Below are positions 29,917 through 40,741 of a stretch of DNA of 64,000 nt, in pieces. The notes under the pieces were generated by a model, which was given only the letters and a program-made list of their open reading frames with translations, had not been told where the DNA came from and searched no databases. The DNA lies in NCBI GenBank assembly GCA_963791045.1, contig CAWBQK010000015.1, positions 160,001-224,000 on the forward strand, read 5' to 3'. This DNA is from Candidatus Latescibacterota bacterium (lineage in GTDB: Bacteria > Krumholzibacteriota > Krumholzibacteriia > WVZY01). Position 1 is the stretch's first letter; each line of letters begins with the position of its first letter. Both the position numbers and the translations under genes were made by a program.

Positions 29917-32307
29917 TCAAATACCCAGCGTACCGGCGGGTTTAGGGTGTTCAAACGGCGTTTGAGCAACCTCGAACATACCGACGGCTCCCGCCGCGAT
30001 ATCCGGCGTCAAAATCGATTTGATCTCTTCTTTTGCCGAGACATAAATTACCTGCCACCCATCCGCGACGATACCCCTGAGAACGTTAATCTGTGTCTCG
30101 AGGCGGCTCTGGTCCGATTTGATAAACGGATCATCGAGGATCAAAAGACCCGCGCCATCGGGAAACAACCGCTCGCCGATCGACAAGCGGATGGCGAAAC
30201 GGAGTTGATCGAGCGCGCCCCCGGAGAGATTCTCCGCCTCGATCGTCTTGCCGTCTCTTTGAATCGCGGTTATCCGTGTCGTTTCGAGATCGAACGTCAC
30301 TTCGGTGTAGCGACCCTCCGTGATCCGGCTGAAATACGATGACACATTGGCATCGGCGCCAAACAGTTCGAGGACTCTCGATTTCTCTTCCGCCTCGATC
30401 TCCTCAAACACTTTGAGCGCGGCGAGAGCGTCCTGCTTGTCGCCCTCGACCATGGAAACAAATGTTTTTAGTTTTTTACGAACACGGACGAGATCTTCCG
30501 CCGTTCGAAGCACTACGTCACCACCGTCCGCAGGCGTCGCGGCGCGAATCCGACCCTCCAGGTCGCGGAGCAGATCCCGCCCCGCATTCAGATTATCCCG
30601 TAGTGTCGCGGCCGCTTCCTTCAACTCGGCGACTTCACATTCGAGTGTCCGTTCCCGCGCCTCGTCGTACGCGAGCGTATCGGCCCCTTCGGGAATTCTG
30701 TTGAAATAGTCCGCGATGATACGGCGCCACTCGCTGGTGTCGGACGCGCCGTCTTCACCTTTGCTTCGGTTGTCACGCGCGCCCGTCAACTCCGACAGCA
30801 GCGCAACTTTAGATTTTCTATCGCCAATAATCCCGGTTCTTTTCTTGATCGCGCCGGCCATCTCATCCACCGTGCCCATGCCCGACCTCCGCCGAACCTC
30901 TTCGACGATCCCCTCTTGCCTCCGGATTTCCCCGCGGATCTTTTCGGCGCGCGACGCGCACGACTCCATTTCTTTTTCCCCGGCGATGCACGATCCCGAT
31001 GTCTGTTCGAGCTCCTTCTGCGCTCCCTGAAGATCTTCGTCGAGCACGTGTCTGTGTTGGCCGACCGAGGTCACCGCGGCGGCCTCGACCCCAAGCTTCG
31101 AAGCGGTGAGCCGGATACTCTCCTCGAGTTCGGCCAATTTTGAAACCGTCTGTCTCCCCGCGATCAATCGCCACCCAAAAAAGATCATTGAGAGGAACAA
31201 TACGAGCGCCATCGGACCGTAATAAACAGTCGAGTCAACAATGGCGGCAACGAGGGAAAATGCGAGCAGCACAGAGGAGATCACCAGGCCCGACAACCAA
31301 ACCTTCCGACGCGGCTTCATTTCCGCGGACTGCAGAGCAAGCTTCTCGTGTTCGTCAAGAATCGGCGCGAGCCGTTCATCGAAAGCGGTCACACGATTTT
31401 TGAGTTGGTCAACCCGGCGCCGCATTTCCGATTGCCTATCGTCGAGAACCGACGATTGTTCCCTGAGTCTCGCTGCATCCTGCTTTTGCTCTTCGCTATC
31501 CGCGAGGAGCCTCTTGAGATCATGCTCGGCTCGCTTCCAGTTATCGAGATCCTCCACGCGCAGATGCCGGCATGCCTCGATCTCGCGCTCGATGGCCTCC
31601 AGGGCCTCGAGGTGCCCCCGCGCCACCTCGAACCGTTTGTGTGTTTTCGCCTTCCCGAGAAGCGCAAGCTCTTCCGACGAGGCACCGAGTTTCGTTTCGC
31701 GGTCGAACAAGGCGCGCTCGAGGGTGTCGAAATCCTGCCGTCTGAGCGTATCATGAGCGGCGTCGATGTCATGAAGGCACTGGACCGCCAACTTGACTCT
31801 TTGTCCGATGTGGTCGGTATCCGCGCTGCTGGCAAGTCCCGCGCTTGAACTCGAGTTCGTCAGCTTCCCCTTTTTTTGGAGCGCTTTCTTTATATTGAGA
31901 ATTCTTGACGATTGAAGACCGGCAAGCTTTTCGGAAATCCTCGTAAAATGATCACCGGGCGCATCGATACTCAGATCGCTGTCCCTCACGACAAATATGT
32001 TCCGGAATTCGGATGGTCCAATATCAACCAGCCCCGAAAGAGTCGCATCGCGGTCGAGTTTGATTTCATCCCCGGCGATATCGAGAACGATGTAACCCTC
32101 GGGTTTTTCTTCGACGCGGTGAATGTTTCCAAAGAATTTGACGCGGCGGCCGAGCTCGTTTTTGAAGAGCATCCTCAAGACGGCATCGATCAGAAGCGTC
32201 TTGCCCCGTTCGTTGGGACCGTAGATGAGCGAGAACGGCGGAAGATCGTGGGGGCCAAACCCGGAGAGCGGACCGTACCTCTGGATGTGGAGTGTCTTAA
32301 TCCGCAC
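29917..32307 (-). CDS. SbcC/Rad50-like (YhaN-type) coiled-coil ATPase with central TM segments
   Basis: Walker A GPNERGKT, coiled coils, two hydrophobic helices mid-protein, LSGGALDQL signature and LILDDPF Walker B. Confidence 0.85.
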   Translation of the reverse strand: MRIKTLHIQRYGPLSGFGPHDLPPFSLIYGPNERGKTLLIDAVLRMLFKNELGRRVKFFGNIHRVEEKPEGYIVLDIAGDEIKLDRDATLSGLVDIGPSEFRNIFVVRDSDLSIDAPGDHFTRISEKLAGLQSSRILNIKKALQKKGKLTNSSSSAGLASSADTDHIGQRVKLAVQCLHDIDAAHDTLRRQDFDTLERALFDRETKLGASSEELALLGKAKTHKRFEVARGHLEALEAIEREIEACRHLRVEDLDNWKRAEHDLKRLLADSEEQKQDAARLREQSSVLDDRQSEMRRRVDQLKNRVTAFDERLAPILDEHEKLALQSAEMKPRRKVWLSGLVISSVLLAFSLVAAIVDSTVYYGPMALVLFLSMIFFGWRLIAGRQTVSKLAELEESIRLTASKLGVEAAAVTSVGQHRHVLDEDLQGAQKELEQTSGSCIAGEKEMESCASRAEKIRGEIRRQEGIVEEVRRRSGMGTVDEMAGAIKKRTGIIGDRKSKVALLSELTGARDNRSKGEDGASDTSEWRRIIADYFNRIPEGADTLAYDEARERTLECEVAELKEAAATLRDNLNAGRDLLRDLEGRIRAATPADGGDVVLRTAEDLVRVRKKLKTFVSMVEGDKQDALAALKVFEEIEAEEKSRVLELFGADANVSSYFSRITEGRYTEVTFDLETTRITAIQRDGKTIEAENLSGGALDQLRFAIRLSIGERLFPDGAGLLILDDPFIKSDQSRLETQINVLRGIVADGWQVIYVSAKEEIKSILTPDIAAGAVGMFEVAQTPFEHPKPAGTLGI

Positions 32308-33361
32308 GGCTTGCCTCCATCATCGCTTCGATGATCAGCCGGCGGACACGGGGTTTTTGATCTTCGTCCATATCCGCGGCGACAACCTTTGCAATCGAAC
32401 GTTCGAAAAGTTCGTTTTCGAACACACGGCTCACATCGCTCCAGCGGTTCGAGATCGGTTCCGTTTGTGGGGTGGCGAGGGATTTGACTGCGGTCGCGAA
32501 ATCGGTTTCGCTCATCCCCATCGCACCAAGATCGACAAACCCGCCGACGGAGACAAGAAGCCGAGCGCCGGAATCCGCCGCCGCAATCTCGCGACGGATG
32601 ACATCGAGCGGTTCGTCGCCCGAAAAGGGATCGAGGACGACATCCACCGACTCGTAGTACGGAGTATCGAGAAGAACCTCCTCCGGAGGCGAGCCCGTCT
32701 CGAACACATTGACTTTCCTCACTCCGGTTTCTTTTCGCGAAAGCGACACCGGCGACCCAGGGTAAACAAAATACCCGCCGTCATACTTGCTCGTCGTGAA
32801 ATTCGAATGAAAGTGCCCGGCGAGCACGTAGTCGATTCCCATCCCGGCGAAATACGAGAGTTTTACCGGCATGTAACCGGCGTCCTCCTCCTCTCCGTAG
32901 TCGTCGCGTGCAAACATCATGTCGACGAGTTCGCCGTGGAAGAGAAGAACGTTCGAGCCGTCTTCGCGGATCGATTTCTTCAGAGTGAAAATACTGTTGA
33001 GCGTTTTCTCGCCGCCGCGGCTATCGAACGGAAGACCAAAAACACGCGCGTCGTCGATATCAACGTACCGCCCCGGCTCGGTTAAAAGCGTCACGTTGTC
33101 GCCATAGAAATCACCCGGAGCGATCGCGTCTCCATCGTGATTCCCGGGGATAATCGCGACATTTAAGTTAGATTTTTGGAAGAGTTCGCGAAGGGGGATC
33201 TTGAGGCTATCGACGTCATCCACGCGGTCAAAAAGATCGCCGCTTATTGCGACGAGCGCCACACGATGTTCGGCCGCGACGGCGAGCACACGCTCGAGTG
33301 CATTCCACCTCGCATCACCCACATCCCTCAAATGTATGTCTGCCGTGTGGAGAATTTTCAT
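32297..33361 (-). CDS. SbcD/Mre11-like (YhaO-type) metallophosphoesterase nuclease
   Basis: MKILHTADIH, SGDLFD, PGNHD, LFHG, LAGHFH and YPGSP; overlaps the ATPase start. Confidence 0.9.
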   Translation of the reverse strand: MKILHTADIHLRDVGDARWNALERVLAVAAEHRVALVAISGDLFDRVDDVDSLKIPLRELFQKSNLNVAIIPGNHDGDAIAPGDFYGDNVTLLTEPGRYVDIDDARVFGLPFDSRGGEKTLNSIFTLKKSIREDGSNVLLFHGELVDMMFARDDYGEEEDAGYMPVKLSYFAGMGIDYVLAGHFHSNFTTSKYDGGYFVYPGSPVSLSRKETGVRKVNVFETGSPPEEVLLDTPYYESVDVVLDPFSGDEPLDVIRREIAAADSGARLLVSVGGFVDLGAMGMSETDFATAVKSLATPQTEPISNRWSDVSRVFENELFERSIAKVVAADMDEDQKPRVRRLIIEAMMEASRAD

Positions 33362-33416
33362 GCGGAGTATTATAGACGATCCACCCCGACACCGCCATAC
33401 GGAACGCGACGTTGCA

Positions 33417-33657
33417 GTCTTTCTCTGGCCCTCGCTCCGCTTCGCTCGACTAACTGTCGGCTGTGCCGACAGTGGATTCTCGCTCACTCCCGCGAAAGGG
33501 CCTTTCGAAAGACCGCACCGTCTTCTTCGAGAAAAGGCGCAGAGAAAGACCACATCGTCAGCTATTCGCGCGGGTCCTGTCGCCGATTACCCCACACGCG
33601 CTCGCTAACGCTTCGCGCGCTTTGGGGGCCCCATCGGCGAGCGAAGCGAAGTGCGGG
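33417..33657. repeat. Cluster of REP/MITE-like palindromic elements
   Basis: 11-bp inverted repeat at 33417-33427/33540-33550. 33446-33490 is homologous to 42681-42725. 33571-33586 and the reverse complement of 33639-33657 match the 24.25-kb repeat. Confidence 0.8.
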
Positions 33658-33715
33658 TTGTCATGCTCAGAGGCTTCAACAACCCAGAACTCGAGCCGCC
33701 ACCCGCGCGCCTTCA

Positions 33716-34648
33716 TCAGCGGGGCTTGGCTCTGACAGTGGGGTGTTCGCGCTCGGGGCCGTACTCGGCCTGCAGAAACTCGAGAAACTCGCGACGTGTC
33801 GGCGTCAGCGTCCGGTTGGTCTTATGGTAAAGCGTGACCTTCTGTACGAGATACAGACCCGGCACATCGACACGCGCCAGGAGCCCCTGGCGGATTTCAT
33901 TACCGACGGCATCCTCGGGCAGAACCGACAGCCCCAACCCCGCCATCACCATGTGTTTGATCGTCGCGACGTTGGACGATTCGAGCGAGTACTCGATTGA
34001 GAGCGACAGCCGGCGGAAAAACGCGTCCATCATCATCCGGGCTTCGTTCCCCTCTTCGTACCCAATAAACGGGTGCTTTTCGAGTTCGTGGGGATTCGAC
34101 CCCGGCGCCGTTACGAGGTCGTGGTCGGGCGGCGCCACCAAGAACATCTTTGATTCCCTCAAGCTCGCGCTCGTCAAGCCCGTGTACTTCCGGCCCGAGG
34201 TGAGAATGGCGATATCGAGCTTGCCGGCCTGGACCAGGTCGATGATTTTGCGCGCGGAACCGATTTCGATCGATACCTTTACGTCGGGAAAGCGGTCGGT
34301 AAAACTCTTGAGCAGGATGGGGAGCGTGTACACGCCAAAGCTGTTTATCGTCCCGATCGCAAGAGTGCCCTTTACCTGCCGCTCCATGGCCTCGAGGTCG
34401 TTCCAGATCCGGTCGACGTCATGAAACGTCTCTTCCGCATACTGGAAAACAACTTCCCCGCTTTCGGTCAGCTCGACCCCTGTTTTGAGACGGTTGAAGA
34501 CCGTGTGCCCCAAATGCGCCTCGAACTGGCGGATCTGGACGCTTATAGAGGATTGTGATACACGCAGTTCCCTGGCCGCATCGGAGAAACTCCCCGCCTT
34601 GGCCACTATATAGAAGTAGTACAAGTGGTTGAAATTGAGAGGAAGCAC
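33716..34648 (-). CDS. LysR-family transcriptional regulator
   Basis: LNFNHLYYF...GSFSDAARELRVSQSSISVQIRQFE HTH; GTG start after AAGGAGAAGGAGGC. Confidence 0.93.
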   Translation of the reverse strand: MLPLNFNHLYYFYIVAKAGSFSDAARELRVSQSSISVQIRQFEAHLGHTVFNRLKTGVELTESGEVVFQYAEETFHDVDRIWNDLEAMERQVKGTLAIGTINSFGVYTLPILLKSFTDRFPDVKVSIEIGSARKIIDLVQAGKLDIAILTSGRKYTGLTSASLRESKMFLVAPPDHDLVTAPGSNPHELEKHPFIGYEEGNEARMMMDAFFRRLSLSIEYSLESSNVATIKHMVMAGLGLSVLPEDAVGNEIRQGLLARVDVPGLYLVQKVTLYHKTNRTLTPTRREFLEFLQAEYGPEREHPTVRAKPR

Positions 34649-34768
34649 GCCTCCTTCTCCTTTTTTTGGGTGAAACTTCGTGTGGGGTTCGGACGTATAA
34701 CTCAATAACCGCAGGCAATTATAAATATACTATACGCATTATGAATATTTCAAGTTTATTTTTTATAT

Positions 34769-34797
34769 TTTACATATGATAGAAATTGAGCTACTTT
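34769..34797 (+). promoter_or_regulatory. Sigma-70 promoter divergent from LysR
   Basis: TTTACA-N17-TACTTT in an AT-rich tract, with a LysR-box-like TATA-N7-TATA at 34720-34734. Confidence 0.65.
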
Positions 34798-34803
34798 ATA
34801 TGT

Positions 34804-35030
34804 GAGGCCGGTGCTGTATTGAGCACATGCGGCAGCCGCTTCAGGTATCTCAGGCATCACCCAAATATGGACTGAGAGCAGACGGCACCGGTTTCTTTTT
34901 AAGAATTTATCGGACATTCGAGAGCACAGGATTGGGGAAACGCGAAAACCACTCAGCCAAAGTATCGGAGTCCCCACCGGACAAAGGCGACATGTCTCGG
35001 CCCCCGAGGATATGTTGCCTTTTGTCTTTT
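34804..35030 (+). ncRNA. Candidate structured small RNA (about 97 nt or about 227 nt)
   Basis: Starts 7 nt after the -10. A 14-bp stem (34804-34817/34882-34895) is followed by U5, with a further long hairpin (34980-35026) plus U4. G-U pairs work only on the + strand. No credible + strand CDS. Confidence 0.5.
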
Positions 35031-35073
35031 CAGGACGAAAGCGCCTCGACTCATCCACCATCAACACCACCCA

Positions 35074-36138
35074 TCAGCCCTGACCCGGACCGCGCAAATC
35101 CCTTCTCCCCGGATCGCCGTCGCAAATATCTCTTATGACACGAAGCGCATTTGCTCCAAGAATCTTTCTTATCGATGACACCGGAATTCCCTCGCGTAGC
35201 AGCCGGTCGGTAAGACGCGGCATGTGACTGACGTCCCGCAGGTCGCTCGGCATGCTCGCCACCCACCCATCGAAATCCGACCCCAACGAGATGTGGTCAT
35301 CCCCGACGACGCGCAGCAGATGCTTGATGTTCCGGACCACGCAGTCCAACGTTTCGCGCCGCGACCCGGTCAGGTACCCCGGGTAAAATATGACACCGAG
35401 AACACCGCCCTTTTCCGCGACACGCTTCGCCTCATAATCAGAAATATTCCTCCACATCGGATGGACGCTTCGAAAACCCGTGTGGGATACGATTGGCGGG
35501 CGTTTGCAAAACTCCACCGCATCGAGGAAGCTCCGGCTGGCGACGTGCGCAAGATCGACTATCAGTCCCACGGCTTCCATTTCTTCAATGAGCTGATATC
35601 CGAGTTCGGGCAGCCGGCGATCGGCCCACCGTTTCCGGCGGTTGGGATACGCCGCGTCCGAACGCGTGAGGTGCGCCAATCCTATCGAGACCAGGCCGTT
35701 TCTTTTGTACCGCTCGATCTCACCGGGACGGCAGCGTACGCCGTGCGCACCCTCGAGGGTGAGGAAAAACGACGGAATCCCTTCCTCCCTCGCGCGAAGA
35801 ATATCGGCCGCCGTGCGCACCATCGTGAACCGTGTACCCACCGTCTGCGACCACTGGTTCACACGCTCGATCGATTTCTGGATGCGACCGCGGCGGCGGA
35901 GAATATTGAATGGCGGAGTCGGCACCGTCAGGCCGATCGACGTGACTCCACCTTCGACAAGACGCGGGATATCAACGTGACCAACAAGCGGGCTCAATGG
36001 AAACGGGTTCCGGTGGCGTTTCTCCATTCGGTACCGAAAAAGAAAAACGAGGAACAACGTGTCGGCATGGAGGTCGATCACGACAGACCGCTCGTGTATC
36101 TGCCATGCCTCGTGCGAGATTTCGGGGAGCTCTTTCAT
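35074..36138 (-). CDS. Membrane dipeptidase (peptidase M19) family protein
   Basis: IDLHAD, HVDIPRL..GG, LTLEG, IVDLAH, IVSHTG, RNISD and LGSDFDG. Confidence 0.9.
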   Translation of the reverse strand: MKELPEISHEAWQIHERSVVIDLHADTLFLVFLFRYRMEKRHRNPFPLSPLVGHVDIPRLVEGGVTSIGLTVPTPPFNILRRRGRIQKSIERVNQWSQTVGTRFTMVRTAADILRAREEGIPSFFLTLEGAHGVRCRPGEIERYKRNGLVSIGLAHLTRSDAAYPNRRKRWADRRLPELGYQLIEEMEAVGLIVDLAHVASRSFLDAVEFCKRPPIVSHTGFRSVHPMWRNISDYEAKRVAEKGGVLGVIFYPGYLTGSRRETLDCVVRNIKHLLRVVGDDHISLGSDFDGWVASMPSDLRDVSHMPRLTDRLLREGIPVSSIRKILGANALRVIRDICDGDPGRRDLRGPGQG

Positions 36139-36294
36139 GTTCGCCGTCCGCGGTTACCAACCAACTATCACTTAATAAATTACACTATTTGTGTTATAAT
36201 AGAAAGACAAAGGCTATCTCGTTGCACCCCCTGACCAGCTGCTAAATACGCACCAGCGCTTCTGGACCCGACCATGAGAACCGGAGGAGTCGCG

Positions 36295-37383
36295 ATGAAC
36301 AGGGCATCAATCTTTTTTCTCACCATATTTATACTCGCAGGAATGATCTGGGCCACCGGCTGCAGCGAATCCGACAATCCCGCCGCGGTCGACGATGGAC
36401 TCTACACGCGAGAGCAAGTACCCGATCTCAACGACGAATTTGGCGGATACAATCTCGCCGATGAGTCCCCCGGGTTTGGCGATCCCATGCTCCTCGACGA
36501 GTTTGGCGACGACGAGGAATTCAGTGACCCGATGGTCAGCGATCCGCTGGTCATCGAACGAGACCGCGACCACGAGGGGCAAGAGAGAGGCCGAATCTAT
36601 CTGATGATCACCTGGGGGAACCTCCACAGGGATTCGACGATCACACACAAGACCGACTGGACGGGCGGGCTCGCCGTTGACCCGGGCGCCTTGATCCTCA
36701 AAAAAACCATCCGCTTCGAGGACCACGATCAAATTCTTCCGAGAAAAGATCCGGGAGTCCTCCGTTGGGAATCATTTACAAAACCGGGCATCGACGGAGT
36801 CGTTGTGCGTATCGTGCCGGGCGCGAGTCCCGATGCGACCCTTGCCAACGCCGAAGCCGATTCGGCAAACACGATCGTACGTTTCAGAACCGCGCCCTTT
36901 AGTGTGTCGTTCTCGCTTCGCGAACTCATCGGGCTTCACAGGGTCGTAACGCTCGACGACGGTAACGCCGTCGCTTTCGAAGCCGTGTATGTTCCGCCCT
37001 TCGCATGCCCAAAGGGCTTTTTGCGCGGAGTATGGCGACAAACGCCGGAGCGGGAGGGTGGCGTGTTTTTTGGAAAGTACGTGGATCAGGTCGGATTTCA
37101 CAGAGGGTTCGTCAAAGGCCATTACGGCGCCAACAAAGACGGCGAGAAAGTCTTCTTCGGAAAATGGATAAGCCGGTCGGGGAGGTTCGAGGGAATCCTC
37201 CGCGGTGAATACGGCACCTATGAAGAAAACTCGGCCGGGTGGTTTGCCGGTGGATGGATGGGCCCGGACCGCCGCATAAAGGGCGGCCTCAAAGGTGAAT
37301 GGCGGCGAAAAGACGAATGCCGCGGCGGCTTCTTCCGAGGCCGCTGGAGACAGGAGTGCGCCCTGGATACCGCGAGACTCTGA
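36295..37383 (+). CDS. Hypothetical lipoprotein with C-terminal Gly/aromatic repeats
   Basis: GGAGGAG SD, lipobox ATGC and repeated G-x-F/L-x-G-x-W/Y units. Confidence 0.8.
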   Translation: MNRASIFFLTIFILAGMIWATGCSESDNPAAVDDGLYTREQVPDLNDEFGGYNLADESPGFGDPMLLDEFGDDEEFSDPMVSDPLVIERDRDHEGQERGRIYLMITWGNLHRDSTITHKTDWTGGLAVDPGALILKKTIRFEDHDQILPRKDPGVLRWESFTKPGIDGVVVRIVPGASPDATLANAEADSANTIVRFRTAPFSVSFSLRELIGLHRVVTLDDGNAVAFEAVYVPPFACPKGFLRGVWRQTPEREGGVFFGKYVDQVGFHRGFVKGHYGANKDGEKVFFGKWISRSGRFEGILRGEYGTYEENSAGWFAGGWMGPDRRIKGGLKGEWRRKDECRGGFFRGRWRQECALDTARL

Positions 37384-37395
37384 CATGCCGGGCGG

Positions 37396-38235
37396 CTACC
37401 GCACCGAGTAGTCCTTGCCCTTTGGAAAGACTTTCTGGATCTCTTCGCACATCCAATCGTGGAACGTGCCGTTGCTCGCAACGACGTGCCCGGTTGAGAG
37501 CGCATTCTTCTCTCCAAAGAAATCAGTGAATTTGCCTCCGGCTTCTTCGATGAGGATGATACCCGACGCTATATCCCACGGGCTAAGCGTCAGCTCCCAA
37601 AACGCTTCCGCGCGACCCGCGGCGACATAAGCGAGATCGAGCGCCGCCGACCCGGCGCGCCGGATCCCTCGCGAATTTGTGAAGAAGAATTTAAACGTTT
37701 TCAGATAGTCATCCAGATACTCTACCGACCGGAATGGAAATCCAGTCAAGAAAAGCGTCTTCGACTTGTCCGAAACCCCGCTGACGTGGATCGGTTTACC
37801 GTTGAGGTACGCCCCCTGCCCACTCACCGCGTGGAACATCTCGTCCCGCATCGGATCGAACGTGACACCGAGAACCATCCTATTGCCCTCGGGTTCCTCG
37901 AGGGCGATGTTGACGGCAAAGATCGGGAACGAGTGGATATAATTCGTCGTCCCGTCGAGCGGATCAATATACCAACGTCTCGACGTGTCCCGGTCGATCC
38001 CGTCGTTGACCGATTCGTCGAGATTCTCCTCGGCAATAATGAAATCACGAGGAAAGCTCTCGCGAATTATCGAGACGATCTCGTTCTGGGAATTGATATC
38101 GACTACCGTGACGAGATCGTTGAGCCGCTTTTCGGCGACGTCGCTCGGAACGAGCGCCGCGTATGATTTCGTTATGATTTTCGCCGCGGCGCGTGCCGCT
38201 TCTTTCGCTTTTTCCAGTTCGAGTTCGTACGGCAT
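37396..38235 (-). CDS. suhB: Inositol monophosphatase family protein
   Basis: DLVT, AEE, WYIDPLDGTTNY, RRAGSAALDLAYVA and PWDIASG. Confidence 0.9.
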   Translation of the reverse strand: MPYELELEKAKEAARAAAKIITKSYAALVPSDVAEKRLNDLVTVVDINSQNEIVSIIRESFPRDFIIAEENLDESVNDGIDRDTSRRWYIDPLDGTTNYIHSFPIFAVNIALEEPEGNRMVLGVTFDPMRDEMFHAVSGQGAYLNGKPIHVSGVSDKSKTLFLTGFPFRSVEYLDDYLKTFKFFFTNSRGIRRAGSAALDLAYVAAGRAEAFWELTLSPWDIASGIILIEEAGGKFTDFFGEKNALSTGHVVASNGTFHDWMCEEIQKVFPKGKDYSVR

Positions 38236-38256
38236 GTTTTCCGCCTTTTTATAATT

Positions 38257-39147
38257 TCACAGGTATTTCTTCAACAGCATGTCCATGAAAGCCCTCACCG
38301 GTGGGGAGAGCGACCCGGGCTTCTTGTAGACTACGCCCAGGGTACGGGAGAATCGAATCTTCCCAGTGGGAATCAACGTGAGCTTGCCCGACCGGATCTC
38401 GCTCGAAACAAGTTCGGCGGGGAGAATACTCGCACCCAACTCCGCTTCGGTGAGTTTCTTTATCGCCTCGGGACTCGACATCTCCATCGCGACCCTCAAA
38501 CTCACGCCGTTGTCCATAAACACTTTCTCGATCAATCGGCGGGTCGTGGACCTGGCAGGATAGGTGATAAGGCTCGTTTCCGCAACCCTCTCGAGAATGT
38601 TCTTCCTGCGCCGCGTCTGGGCGAGCTCGTGACGCGGGCTCGCGACGAGAACCATTTCGTCCTCGTAGAACGGCACCACCTCGTGCGCGTGCCCGGCGAG
38701 CGGGAGCGTGACGATTGCGAACTCGATCGATCCGGCGTCGAGCGCGCCGAGAAGGCTCAGCGTGTCGGCCACCGTGACCTGCATATCGATCCCCGGATGC
38801 TTTCGCCGGAACGCACTGAACACCCGCGGTAGCACATAAGTGCTCGCCGCGTCAATAGTACCCATCTTGAGAACGCCGCTTTCGAGCCCCTTTATACCGT
38901 GAATTCTGTGCGCCAGCGCGTCGACACGGCGGATAATCTCTTCGGCCTCCGCGGCGAGCAAACTCCCCGCCTGTGTCGCCTCCAGACGCCGGCCACGACG
39001 GGCGTAGAGCTTCTCGCCAAACTCCTCCTCGAGCTTTTTAAGCTGTATGCTCACCGCCGGCTGTGTCACAAAATGCTCCGTCGCCGCCGCGCGGACGCTC
39101 CCATGCCTCATCGCCGACAAAAAGTATCTCAGTTGCCGGATTTCCAT
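38257..39147 (-). CDS. LysR-family transcriptional regulator
   Basis: MEIRQLRYF...FVTQPAVSIQLKKLEEE HTH and a substrate-binding domain. Confidence 0.93.
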   Translation of the reverse strand: MEIRQLRYFLSAMRHGSVRAAATEHFVTQPAVSIQLKKLEEEFGEKLYARRGRRLEATQAGSLLAAEAEEIIRRVDALAHRIHGIKGLESGVLKMGTIDAASTYVLPRVFSAFRRKHPGIDMQVTVADTLSLLGALDAGSIEFAIVTLPLAGHAHEVVPFYEDEMVLVASPRHELAQTRRRKNILERVAETSLITYPARSTTRRLIEKVFMDNGVSLRVAMEMSSPEAIKKLTEAELGASILPAELVSSEIRSGKLTLIPTGKIRFSRTLGVVYKKPGSLSPPVRAFMDMLLKKYL

Positions 39148-39190
39148 ATCAGAACCCCTTGCCGTGGGGGCCGTTCCCGCCCCGCATGAC

Positions 39191-39205
39191 ATAACTATTA
39201 CTTAT
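39191..39205. promoter_or_regulatory. LysR recognition box
   Basis: Perfect ATAA-N7-TTAT dyad between the divergent lysR and ino1 genes. Confidence 0.7.
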
Positions 39206-39335
39206 TCTACTCATAAGTTTATTAAATTATGCTTATCCTATCCCGTAGGGTAGATTCTGTCAAGATGGAAGCAGGAGCCGCGGGCGCACAGGCCCCGCAC
39301 ACTATTAATTTCATTACATAGACAGGAGAAATTAG

Positions 39336-40654
<1,319 letters not shown>

Positions 40655-40676
40655 ACTCGAGCTGCTGGCACAAGGC

Positions 40677-40710
40677 AAAACGGCGGGACCTCTGTGGTCC
40701 CGCCGTTTTT
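40677..40710. terminator. Bidirectional intrinsic terminator
   Basis: AAAACGGCGGGACC-tctgt-GGTCCCGCCGTTTTT between convergent genes. Confidence 0.9.
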
Positions 40711-40741
40711 GCGTTTATATTCGTTTTTGTAGGTGCGGAGG

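Noticed and set aside
33362-33553. N-terminal extension of the SbcD-like ORF
   Set aside because: It runs through palindromic repeat DNA. The family start MKILHTADIH is at 33361.
34840-34880. Glycine riboswitch or SRP RNA
   Set aside because: TCTCAGGCA...GGAC and CAGG...AGCAG resemble fragments, but the GGAGA/CCGAAG core and the GGAA loop are missing and no gene lies downstream.
36211-36226. Sigma-54 promoter AGGCTA-TCTCG-TTGCA
   Set aside because: The spacing fits but the -24 element is weak, and an extended -10 (TGTTATAAT, 36192-36200) explains transcription equally well.
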